Both the position numbers and the translations under genes were made by a program. From the human T2T-CHM13v2.0 reference genome, Homo sapiens: a stretch of 64,000 nt of DNA. The DNA is taken from NCBI RefSeq assembly GCF_009914755.1, contig NC_060927.1, one strand, 5' to 3'. The notes beneath the pieces were generated by a model. That model worked only from the letters and a program-made list of their open reading frames with translations. It was not told where the DNA came from and searched no databases. Positions 1-13,710 of this stretch are shown in pieces. Within the stretch, counting starts at the first letter, position 1; every line of letters starts with the position of its first letter.

Positions 1-35
1 AGATTGATAAAGCTCTTACTTCCCTAGGATAAATT

Positions 36-274
36 CTTTTTGTTGTTGTTGAGACAGACTGTTGCTCTGTCTCCCAGACTGGAGTGCAGTGGCATAATCT
101 CGGCTCACTGCAACCTCCGCCTCCCGGGTTCAAGTGGCTAATTTTGGTATATTTAGTGGAGACAGAATTTCACCATGTTGGCTAGGCTGGTCTCAAACTC
201 CTAACCTCAAGTGATCCACACGCCTCGGCCTCCCAAAGTTCTGGGATTACCGGCGTGAGCCACCGTCCCCAGCC
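36..274 (-). mobile_element. AluS-type SINE with ~55-bp internal deletion
   Basis: Reverse Alu; TSD cttccctaggataaatt (19-35) / cttccctgggataaatt (274-290); 'ttcaagt' joins directly to 'ggctaatttt'. Confidence 0.9.
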
Positions 275-319
275 TTCCCTGGGATAAATTTTAAAAGAAT
301 TATAAAATAAAAATGAAAC

Positions 320-440
320 AGCTGGATACAGTGGCGTGTGCCTGTAGTCCCACTGCTTGCGAGGCTAAGGCAGAAGGAAAGCTTCAGCCCAGGAGTTCAA
401 GTCCAGCCTGGGCAACAAAGTGAGAACTCATCTCTATAAA
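320..440 (+). mobile_element. Alu monomer (FLAM-like)
   Basis: gctggatacagtggcgtgtgcctgtagtccc...ccagcctgggcaac...tctctataaaa; single arm. Confidence 0.75.
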
Positions 441-650
441 ATTAATTAATTAGTTAATTTTTAAAAAATCAAAATGAAACAATTTATACTCACATCCTTA
501 CTCTTGACTCTCTTTCCTTCACAGCTTCTACTCTACTCTCAACATATCCCAAAAGCCACCATCTCCTCTTGAGGCTACAAAAAAAATCCCGAATTACGAA
601 ACTCAGGATTTCAGCACTATACATTCAGTAAATACACCTAAAGAAGTATT

Positions 651-948
<298 letters not shown>

Positions 949-2386
949 AAGAAGTATTTATTAAGTACCAACATTGTGCTACTCCAGCTCGGCTTTAGAC
1001 CAGTACTTCCTGAACAGTCTGACAAATGTTCAGATAAACAAGGCTACTGGGGTTTTCGTTTTAACCCAAGATGTCTCAGAGACTTTTAGGACACTCATAT
1101 GTATTGGGACTGTCCCAAAATTAAGTATACAATATAGCTTTTCCAAAATTGATTTGACAACCGAATCCTCTTCCCTTCAGAATACCTGAAAACATTTCAC
1201 TGAACACTTGAATTTACTCATGCAATAAATACTTTTTAAGCATCAGCTTAACTCCCACTGTTGAATGAGGGGGATAAGGCAGTGATTGAGACAGACGCAG
1301 GTTCTGACTATGGGAAGTTTGCTCCCTGGAATGGACTTTCTCCATAAGAGCTTTCTTCACCTCAGATATAACAGGATTTGAGAGGAAGGTGATTACAGGA
1401 CTAGGCACTGCTTTAAGGGCAGGTACATGAAATCAACCCCAATCAGAATTGACCTCTAACAGGAAAAGATAGAAGATCAAAATAATGACTAGTTGAAGTT
1501 TCAGCCCTACTAGGCCAGGAAATAAATATAATTCTGTATTTATTTTTCACACCTCGACAAAGAAGCCAGATTGTTAAAAGGAATACAAGTCAGCCATTGA
1601 CAGGCTGCAGTAAGAGGCTGTGGAAACACGTTGTTGCTTACAACACCAAGATCACAATGGGCAAGAGATTATGTTCAATTCCACTGAACTTATCAAATCA
1701 AACAGGAAATTCACAGACCATCAAAATGGTAAAAGGGTAATGTCTTCACCACTGTACATCTGCTTCTTAACAATAAATTTTAGTTAGCGACGTAGGCTCA
1801 CCACTATTTGGGAATTAGTTTCTCCCACAAAATTTATAAAGAGCAGGGGTGGTTTCCTGGGACCATTTCACCCCCGGCTGCAGCACATAGAGTGACACCA
1901 ATGTCATGGAAGAAGGAAAGAATCAGTTGACAACATAAAGCAAAGGCAGGTCCCCATGGCTGTCATGTTCCCCTAAGCCTCATAATTCCTACTTGTTCTG
2001 TTGAGTCACTCGCACCCTCCCCCATGCCCCACCCAGCTGTGTTTCATTTCCCGATATATTTTAAGGAGCTTGTTTTGACACTTGGGCTTTTTTTTTTTGG
2101 TTGTTGTCTCCTAATTTCTCATCTATCCTGATTTGTTTCTAATTCTATAAAATAAATCTCTGAGAAAGAGCAAAAAGATCAACTTTATTGAGCAATCAAT
2201 AATGCAATCATGTCTTCCATTGCCCATTACTGACTTAAAACTATTTTTAAGCTTTTCCACCCACCTATAAATGGGTTTTAGGAAAAAAGGTAGCAGTTAA
2301 GATCTTACAGTTTTAAATACTTATTATGAAGCCAAGACAGGTTCAGTCATTGGACTTTTTTGTGAACTCTTTAAAAATACCTACAA

Positions 2387-2705
2387 TTTTTTTTTTTTTT
2401 TTTTTTTTTTTGGTTGAGATGGAGTCTCACTGTGTCGCCCAGGCTGGAGAGCAGTGGCCTGATCTTGGCTCACTGCAAGCTCCGCCTCCCGGGTTCACGC
2501 CATTCTCCTGACTCAGCCTCCCCAGTAGCTGGGACCAAGGCGCCCACCACCACACCTGGCTAATTTTTTTTTTTTTTTTTTAGTTTTAGTAGAGACGGGG
2601 TTTCACCGTGTTAGCCAGGATGGTCTCGATCTCCTGACCTCGTGATCTGCTGGCCTTGGCTTCCCAAAGTGCTGGGATTACAGGCGTGAGCCACCACGCC
2701 CCGCC
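2387..2705 (-). mobile_element. AluY SINE
   Basis: AluY diagnostics (caagctccgcctcccgggttcacgccattc; ttagccaggatggtctcgatctc); TSD aatacctacaa / aatacctgccaa. Confidence 0.9.
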
Positions 2706-3384
2706 AATACCTGCCAATCTTATATGTTTGTGATGTGCAACTGTAAGAAGGGTAAATTATTAATTAGGTCAAACTGTGTACAGAAACAAATAAATGTTGC
2801 TGACATCAAAAAAAATTATAACACCAAAAAAATTAGTTGCGCAACACCCTTCACTTTAAAAGAAACTCATGAATAAAATTCAAAGTCCAAGGGTAAGTTC
2901 CGCTTATGGCTCAAACAAAATAAAATAAAAGATGGCTTTATGAACCTGTAAGAATGCTTTCTCTAATTGCATAGGAATTCATAAATAAGATATACAGTCA
3001 TCCACTCACTCTCTTAAAAGGCTTAAGGACTCTTGAACTATAAGCTCAGAAGGGAAAAAGCAGGGGAGAACCTTGATTCCTGTCTAACTCAAGTATCTCA
3101 GACTATCATGGTCTGGAACAGTCTATTTTAAGACAAAAGCACTTCCTGCTATCTGCTCTAAATTAGGTTAAGTTTATTTCCACAGATCTCCGCCTCAGCC
3201 CATCACCTGAGGCCTGCTGACAGACCGTGTGAGCTGAGATCATCAGTATCTCCCAAGATTTTGCCAACTTAAAATATCCTTTTTTTTCTAATCAGCATCC
3301 CTAACTTTTCCAAAATTCTGTGTCACAGACTACTAATTCTAAAAACCTTTCTAAAGGAAGACACAATGGAAAACAGATCTCAAA

Positions 3385-3727
3385 CAAGCAGTGGCCACCC
3401 AGGAGCCAGATGTTACCTGCAGATGTGCTGTGTATAGCTAGCACAGTGTTGTTTAGAATTTCTATTAATAGTTGCCAACATAGAAAGATAGACAGTTCAT
3501 ATTAAAATCCAGATTCTGATGCTTCCTTAAAAATCTGAAAATCTGACAATGTCAGGCTCACCTTTCTACATGGCAATAACTGGTTGGAGCAACCAGCAGC
3601 TGCCCCTTCAAGAGAGGACATGTACCCTCCAGTTTGCCACAGTCTCCTCCACTCCCATTATCTTATATTCAGTCTGATTCCTTTCCTGCCTGCTTCCCCC
3701 AATAGGTATTTACATTTTTTACCACTC
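3385..3727. mobile_element. MER102-like hAT-Charlie DNA transposon relic
   Basis: Matches recalled MER102 segments: aaaatccagatt...aaaaatctgaaaatctgacaa, gcagctgcccctt, tccagtttgccacagtc. Confidence 0.65.
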
Positions 3728-3789
3728 TACTCACATATAAGGTCTTAAACAATTCATTCTTTTACAATTTATTCTTTTACCACCCACTT

Positions 3790-4330
3790 CAAGTTCTTTA
3801 CCAAATCTTATTAATTCTACCTCCAAAATTGCTCTTGAATCTTCTCCGTTGTTTCCACTCCTCTTGAACCAACGTGACTCTTGCATAAGCTACTTCATAC
3901 CTCCTAAAGCTTCTCCTCTTATCGTCCTCTACTCTTATTTCCAAAATATCAGCTAAACTGTTTTAAGATACAATTACGATTATAAAATATCTCCCCTTAC
4001 CCACTTAAAACCCTTTTAAAGCTTCCTATTGCTCTGTGGACAAAACCAAAACGCTTCCCATGGCCTGAGGCCCTGCAGGATCTGAGTACAGCCAACAGCC
4101 CCCGCCTCCCCTCTTGCCACTCTCTCCTTCAAAGACTCTGACAGGGTCTTCTTCCTGCTGCTCCAATGCATCAAGTCCCTTCCTGTCTCAGAGCCTTCAC
4201 TCCTGCTGTTCTCTTTGCAGGGCTAATTCCTATTATTTCCTATTCCATCACTTACATGATAGTTTCAATAGCATACCCTCTACAAGATCTATCCCATTCA
4301 AATCAGGTCTCTCAGTTACATTCTCTCAAA
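3790..4330 (+). mobile_element. L2 LINE 3' relic
   Basis: ccaaatcttattaattctacctccaaaa...ttaaaaccctt...ggccctgcaggatctg...cctgctgttctctttgc; typical L2 3' motifs. Confidence 0.6.
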
Positions 4331-4895
4331 GCGTAATGCTTTTTTTTTTTCATGATGTGAAAGACATGCTATCTTTTTTCTTTTTATAAGAGAAGCTGAC
4401 TGGCCAAGGGTCATCTCAATGGCCCTCTTGTTTAGGTTAAAGTAGAGTTAGACTAGGTAGCCTGAATCCTCTGGTGAAGGTGTAAGGAAACCCTTCATAA
4501 CCCAACTGAGGCTGTCCCTCCTCAGATCCCTGGTTTGGAAAATGTGAAATCTTGTAGGTGTCTTTATGCACAATGATCCGGGAACATTCACGGAGGGAAG
4601 TCACTGACACCCCAGTCTTAGGTGCCCAGGATTCAGAGTAAGTGAGATCTATGGGAAGGAATTAGCATAGCTCCACCAGACTTAGAGTTCCCAGAAATTA
4701 AATAATTACTTCAAGATAGAAGTCCAGGCTGGTGATTGGGACTCAGGACATGTGACCCAGTAGCCATGGAGAAGCCCCTATTGACAAAGTGTGTGGGTAA
4801 GGCTAGAAGCTTCTGGAGACCTCGCATGCTGTATGGAGCCTGTACAGTGGGGCACAAAACTGTGCACAGGGTTGTAACTCATGAGGAAGGCTATA

Positions 4896-5590
<695 letters not shown>

Positions 5591-6180
5591 CCCCCACATG
5601 GCACACTGTGTCTGAGCTTGGCCACGGGGGACTGGGTTGGCCTTCCCTTGCAGGACCACAGAGTGGGGACCACAGAGGGCACGCACAGCATCTTTCAGTC
5701 CGAGGGAGAACAGCCTCAACAGCGACACCTTGTGGCATCAAGATGTAATCATGTGATGGGCTGGTCGGACAGATTGATTTCCAGATTTGGATGTGGGATT
5801 TATATCCATATCCCGCTCGCTCTGGGGCTGTGTAAGCCCGAAGCAGCGGGGAGGAGAGGAAAGAGAGGGAGACGAGAAGTGGGGAAGGTTGGGAAGGCGG
5901 TCTAGTGGAGAGATTCGGAACTTCCAGCTAAACTGGCACATGGGTTCCAGCATTTTGGATTTAATTTGGACAAATGAAACTGGGAGCAAGGGTTGTTTAT
6001 TTGCAATATATTGTAATATACTAATCTTAGTATATCTGTTACAATATTTATAAAATATAGAGATTATATTATTTACATTTAATATTTAATTTTAATATAT
6101 TCTCTTTTCATTTATTTTTATAAACTTTATTAAAGCAGAACATATACATGATGAAGGTAGACCTTAATTGCACACGTTAA

Positions 6181-6477
<297 letters not shown>

Positions 6478-7041
6478 TGCACCGGTTAATTTTTATATAG
6501 TGAGCACACCTGTGTTACCACTGTCTAGACCAAGACTTAGAACATTATCAGCATCCCCAAAGCCTCTCTCATGTCCAGTAATCCGTATATGACCCAAAAG
6601 CACTTCCATACCTTAGAATTTCATATTAATATGTGCAATTCCTTGTTGGGGTCTCTCTTCCCTCCTATTATAAACCCCTACACTGCAACCCAGGTTTTTA
6701 CATTGGTGCTAACACTCTTAGAGCCCATGGCAAGAGTACAAATGGATGCCCAGATACCATGTGCCTATACATTTAAAGTTATAAACTGAGCTAACAAACT
6801 GGTAAACAAAATACATTCTACCTTCCTACCTTGAATACAGAGATGGGGAAGGTGAGATCTGAATTTTGAACTTAGAATACTTAGACTCCTCAGAATTCCA
6901 CCAAAACATTGTGGCAGGAGGAAGGCCTGCCCCCCACACCTCCGCCAACACCCTTTCTCCCCACCTCTGGCCCAACCATACCCCACGGGCCTCATACACA
7001 TGAACTCTGCAGCATGCAAGCTAGGCTTGCTCCAGCTATAC

Positions 7042-7610
<569 letters not shown>

Positions 7611-8014
7611 CTAAGCCTAGGATGTGCACAGTGGTAGCCTGGCTTACCCCCAAGAAGATGTACTAGGAAAAAATTTCCAGGCAGATTCTGGAAGACAACT
7701 CAGGGTCATTTAGGCAAGGAGGTCACAGGCCTGTAGGTACCCAGAGCGGACTCTAGAATGCCAGGCACAGGCTCCAGGTGGGCACCTGCATTGGTCCCTT
7801 GGACTCTTCCTCCAGTGGACGGTGCAGTCAGAGGAGAACCAGAGTAGGCCCTCTCGCCCAAGAGTAAGGGAACACGGGAGCTATGCAAAACAACTTTGAA
7901 ATAATTGAAAGGATGATGCTGGCACTTTAATATCATGACATTTTCATCATATCACTAAAATCACTTCCATGGCAGTTATAGGACAATTCTGTAATTGTAG
8001 CCAGAGAGGAGAGA

Positions 8015-8237
8015 CATAGTGTTTTAAAAAGGAAAAGAGGAGCCTCAAAATCAGATTTGGCTGGAGTCATGTTTCTGTCTTCTGGATACGCAATCTTGAA
8101 CAAAGTATTTTACTTCTCTCATCCTCACTTTTCTCATCTGTAAAATGGGGATATCAGACTTTTCGTATAGATTTGGGAAAGATTAAATGAGATGATATAA
8201 GAAAGTACTTAGCACAATACCTAGCACACAGCTAATG
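8015..8237 (+). mobile_element. MIR SINE
   Basis: MIR core ctcacttttctcatctgtaaaatgggg...gattaaatgagat...aaagtacttagcaca. Confidence 0.75.
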
Positions 8238-8980
8238 ATCAACAGAAGTTAACCTTGACAAGCCCAAAGCTACCAGAATATAACACAGTGGCTTTCAGCC
8301 TCAAAGTTGCCATAGAATTCTCCCAGTTCACTAAACTTAGCCCTGTCAGACACTTTGGAGTCAAACTCAATCTGCTGTTCAAAAGTGCTGAAGACATCAA
8401 CCCCAGTTCTCTAAAACTAGAGAGAAAAATGGACATTGCCTTCCCCCATGATCTGCAGGCTACAATATTATGCATCCATAGTTATTCAAAGTCCCAGTAA
8501 TAAACCATTTCATCTGTGAATGCCATGATGTGAATCAGTAAGGGGAAAGTCCAGCTTAATACAGCAGAGATTTTCAAAATTGCTTTCCCATCATTCTCCA
8601 AAAAGCTCTATGAAACTCAAACACGCCTATCCACACATCAGTATTCTCTCCTTTAGTTCCCCCAAACTCATTTTATAATTACTGTTTTCCATGTGTAGAT
8701 TTAGCATGATTACATGTTCAGCTGCCTTGGCTCATGTTTTATGGCAAGGTACTTGAGTCAAGAGGCTGACTGTCTTCCATACTACAAGGCAAGGGCTCTG
8801 CATGCCCAAATATTAGTTAACTGTTCTTTCCATTAACCATTTCCATTATTTAAATTTCAGACTCCATCAATTTATTTCAAAGTGTTAAATTAAGGATCTG
8901 AAACCCCTAAAAATTTTGTTAAAGTAATAAACTATTATCTAGTACACAGCTAAATCCACAAGTTAAAAATATAGCAAAAC

Positions 8981-9281
8981 AGCCAGGTGTGGTAAGCTCA
9001 TGCCTATAATCTCAGCATTTTGGGAGACCAAGGTGGGAGGATCACTTCAGGCCAGGAGTTTGAGACCAGCCTGGGCAACATGACGACACCCCATCTCTAC
9101 AAAAAATTCAAAAATAAATTAGTCAGGTGTGGTGGTGTGCAGTTGTAGTCCTAGCTACTTGGGAGGCTGAGGCAGGAGAGTAGCTTGAGTCCAGGAGTTC
9201 AAGGCAGCAGGGAGCTATGATCACGCCGTTGCGCTCCAGCCTGGGTGACACAGAGAGACCTTATCTCTAAAAAAATAAATA
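8981..9281 (+). mobile_element. AluJ-type SINE
   Basis: Dimeric Alu with J-type ggaggatcactt...gagttcaaggcagcag. Confidence 0.88.
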
Positions 9282-11104
9282 AATTTTAAAAATGGCAAAA
9301 TCCCAAACAATAAACAGTAAAATTAAGAAATAATTTGAGATGTTAAATAAAATTAAAATAAGTGACGTTTAATAAAATATGCTGATTATAACAACATTAT
9401 TCATCGCCCCATAAAGTCTCATAAATAGAACAAATTAAGTAGTTGCACTGAAAGAATAAATAAGGTTTTCAGATTCGTTTTTTAAACATCTATGCATTTC
9501 CTTTCATCTGCAAATGTAAAATGTCAATTGGCAAAGCTTCAGTTATAGTATACTTAAAAAAAGAATATTCAGGAATTATTGGGTCTTACACTAAAAAATC
9601 TTCTATCTGTCAACTAACAGACGTTTCTGAGAAAATGATAGAGAGATAGAATAAAAACTCTGCCCCCTTGGCCCTAAAAATCCAATCACACAAAATTTTG
9701 CTACATTTATAATGGCATAAGGATTACGTGTAAATAGCTTTTTACTAGAAAAGAATATAGGCATAATCACATACGTGAGGAAAAATTTTAGCAAAGATTG
9801 TAAGCTATTAAAAAAAAAAGACCACAATCAATGAGGGATGAGGAATGGCTCCAATGGGCAAATTATGGAGACAAGCATTCATCTATGTATTCTGGAAAGA
9901 AGAGAAAGAATAAACGTTACATCCTAAATCTGAGGTCTCTCAAAAATATGACTGATAACCATGGAAGAGTCACATTGGAGGCTTTAACAAGGATCAAGTT
10001 CAGGGTGCTGAATGGTATACAGAAACCCCCTTAACAATGGAAATTAGAGTAAATGAGAGTCAGTAAGTGCAGTAAGTAAATCAAGTAATTGAGTCAAATC
10101 TCTTGTCTATGAATGGATAATGGTAGGCTTATCTAACATAAAAATAAATAAAAAGGGAAATTACAGGACATAATTCGGATCTATTCAACAAATACTTCTG
10201 GAGAACAAATCTGTAATGTGGTTTCTGACATGATAGAGGTCCAAAGCCTTCCATTTAAAAGGGGGTCACAGCCTCTTTACTCAGGTTCACATTAACAACT
10301 CTAATTGTTGTGCAAGGCTGCCAGTTGCTGTGAACACCAGAAACAGATGAGGGCCTTTCTGGGAGTGATAGAGTGTGGTCTCAGATGGAGAGAGTCCTAT
10401 GGAAAAAAGAGTGTAGTAACAGACAGGGAAAATCCAGTTTTTTAACCTGGACAAGAACTAAGGAGGGAAGTCAGATCCATAGTTATGCATATTAAAGAAT
10501 CTGCAAATCTCATGAGAATTTAAGGCTTGTTTTTATTTCAGAAATCTGAAAACAAATAATGTAAGGATATTCTTGATCAGCACAGCACCATGCCCATTGA
10601 CTTTGAATATCAAGCTGTACCCTAAGGAATCACTGAGTCAATGTGAAAGGAAATAAGATGGTCTTGGGGATCTAAAGGATGTGTTCTCACTGGGTGAAAG
10701 GTAAGGATTGTCAAGTTCCTCAGAAAGAATGAAAGTTTCACAGAAGTTGACTATGATGAATATGGTGGGAAAATTGAATCATCACCCAGTGCACAGCAGG
10801 GTAGACCAGATGATGCCAAAGAACCTGTCCAGAATAGTCAGCATCACATTCTAATTATAAGCAGCAATTTAGTTAATGCAGTTAAATTAATGTTATGAAT
10901 TTGAATTAGTAATGTCATATGACATATACTCTATTTCTAAATTGATTTAGGTTTTAAAAAGGTGTAAGAGCTTTAAAATAAAACTCACCAGCTTTATGTT
11001 TATACAATTTAAAGTATCATTACATAATAATAATTTAAGCCAACCCTGGGGTTCTACGAGAAATTATTTTCATTAAAAAAGATATCATCTAAGTCTGAGA
11101 AACC

Positions 11105-11330
11105 TTGGTTAAGTGATTAAGCATACACTGGATTTGAGACCTGAATCTCACATTTATTATCTGTTTAACCTTGAGCAAGTTAGCAAACCTCTCTGAGCCT
11201 CAGTAAGTATCTGAGTAACAATGGCCTCAAGTGTAACAATGGCTACTTCACAAAAATAAGGTGAATAATGATTAAATCAGAGAAGGCAGAAGTACTTAGC
11301 ACAGTGCCTGAGGCTTAGTAAATACTCAGT
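11105..11330 (+). mobile_element. MIR SINE
   Basis: accttgagcaagttagcaaacctctctgagcctcagt...agtacttagcacagtgcctg. Confidence 0.7.
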
Positions 11331-11534
11331 ACAATCCTCATCATCATCAATATTGACCACAGGCTCATTGTGTTGTTTTCTTACATTAGACCCTTTCTTC
11401 CTCATGAGTAAAATAGAAATAACAGCGTTAAACATCTTGCAATGGGTCTAAAAAAAGTAGTTGATTAAAAAGGTTGCCAAAAAAAAACTTTGCACATGCA
11501 AGTAAAACTTTAGCCCATGCATTAAATTGCATCA

Positions 11535-11899
11535 TGTGTTCAACATATTCACCATCCCCCTAGCCTGCCCATCCCTACAGTCTCCTTCCTGTGGGAAGAT
11601 AATCTTTCCTGCTCCAATGACATCTGGCTTGGCCGTATGACTTGTTTTGGCCAATGAAATGTGAGCAGAAGTAACAAATGCCATAACCAAACAGTAGCTA
11701 TCAGAGCCCTCTTGTGGGTAAAACATTGTTTTTTCTTCTCTACCATGAAGATAGGCTGTCCAAGAAAGGCTCCTTCAGCCTGTGTCCCAGAATAAAGATA
11801 ACATGGAGCAGAATCACAGACAACCCCTGAGAGAAAGAAGCCACTGAGATTTGGAGGTCCTTTGTTAGCCCAGCACAACCTAGCAATATCTGACTAATA
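11535..11899 (+). mobile_element. MaLR LTR (MLT1J/K-like)
   Basis: cttggccgtatgacttgttttggccaatgaaatgtgagcagaagt...aagccactgagatttgga...tgactaata. Confidence 0.7.
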
Positions 11900-12894
11900 A
11901 ACCCAGCTACCACAAACACAGTGCTAAAACCAAATATGTAACATTTAGATTAAAATATAGGACAGTGCTTTCTCACTGATTTATCTCTGATTTCTCTCTT
12001 CCTCTGCAGATTACCAAACTAGGAAATATCATCCATTCCATGACAGAATATCTTCTGTTAGGTCTCCAGATAGATGCAAATCATTTGTAAATAATTTATT
12101 TTCAGATACAGATGCATACAACCAACTATTTTAATTGCCTCCAAATGTATTCTCTTTATCATTCCTGACCACTGATTTCTTTACTGACAAATAGCTGCTC
12201 CTGGTGCTTGGACATCGAGATGAAGGCAATCACTGGAAAAGCCGAAAGGAGGATAAATCCTGCTAGGAGGTGACAAAGTTGTACAAACAATCCAAATAGT
12301 GAATGCCAGCGAGCATCAATGGGCGTGGGCTGGACCTCATATGATCAGTACACATGTGAGTGCCTGTCCTGGAGCACAGCCCTAGGAAGAATCCAGCTGT
12401 AACTGACCCAAGCATGCCTCCACACCAAAAGAAAGGCAACACATGCACCCACCTCCTGCTATCGTGATTCCATCTTATAATGGCTGTGTGACTTACAGAT
12501 TGCACCAACTGATGACCCTGTCTTCACTTGAACCTTTTGCAAAACAGATGATTCAACCCTGTACCTTCCTTAAAGGCAAGAACTATGTCTTCTTCATCTT
12601 CATATCTCAGCACTAGTTTACACTTGCAATTAAAAGGCAACTCAATGTAGAGCAGTTTAAAGCATGGGCTCTGAAGAGTCCAAATTCCAGTTTCTCCACT
12701 TACTTAGGTTAAGATCTTGCAAGCAGATGCTCTAAGTGCCTATCGATGTCCCTCTGACCTGAACATTTTAGAGTGCCCCAAAGGCACTGCCAATATCAGA
12801 ATCTCTGCCTGAGAGTATCTTTTAAACCTGGATAAGCTAGTCTTCCCTTGCAGGGTGTAGAAGTCCCAGGGTTAACCACCCTTAAAAAAAAATC

Positions 12895-13710
12895 TGACAG
12901 CTATTTATACAACAGTGTTCACAACCGCATTATTCATGATAGCCAAAAGGTGAAAACAACCGAAATGTCCACTGATGTTGAATGCATAAAGAAAATGAAG
13001 TATACACATAAAATGGAATATTATTCATCCTTAAAAAAGAAATGAGGAGGCCAAGGTGGGTGGATTATATGAGGCCAGGAGTTCAAGACCAGCATGGCCA
13101 ACATGGCAAAACCCCATCTTTACTAAAAAATACAAAAATTAGCCGGGCATGTTGGCATGCACCTGTAGTCCTAGCTACTTGGGAGGCTGAGGCACGAGGA
13201 TCACGTGAACCCGGGAGGCAGAGGTTGAGAGGTTGCAGCGAGCCAAGACTCTGTCACTGCACTCCCACTTGGGCAACAGAGTGAGACTCTGTCTCAAAAA
13301 AAAAAAAAAAAAAAAGGAAATGAAATTCTGATACGTGCTACAACATGAACTTTGAAAACATTATGCTAAGTGAAATAAACCAGCCACAAAAGCTCAAATA
13401 TTGTCTGATATCATTTATATGAGGTACCTAGAATAGTCAAATTCATAGAGACAGAAAGTATAATGGTGGTTTCCAGGGGCTGGGGGAATGTGGAGTTATT
13501 GTTTAATTAGTACCTAGTTTCAGTATGGGATGATGAGAAAGCTCTGGAGATTGATGGTGGTGATGGCTGTACAACATTGCAAATATACTTAGTACACCAA
13601 ACTGTGCACTTTAAAATGGTTACAATGGTAAATTTTATGTTATGTATATTTTACCACAGTAAAAAAATAAAAATAATTAAAATAAATTTAAAAAAAAGAA
13701 AAGAAAAAAA
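12895..13710 (+). mobile_element. L1MB-type LINE 3' end fragment
   Basis: ORF2 end/3'UTR motifs: cattattcatgatagccaaaagg, aaacattatgctaagtgaaataa, tcatagagacagaaagta, aaattttatgttatgtatattttaccaca, then A tail. Confidence 0.85.
13046..13315 (+). mobile_element. 5'-truncated AluS-type SINE inside L1MB
   Basis: Starts at ggaggccaagg; TSD aaaaaagaaatga / aaaaaggaaatga. Confidence 0.88.

Noticed and set aside
1214-1455. 64-aa minus ORF between a possible acceptor (~1455) and GTAAAT donor (~1218)
   Set aside because: No recognisable protein similarity and a weak donor; cannot be supported as a coding exon
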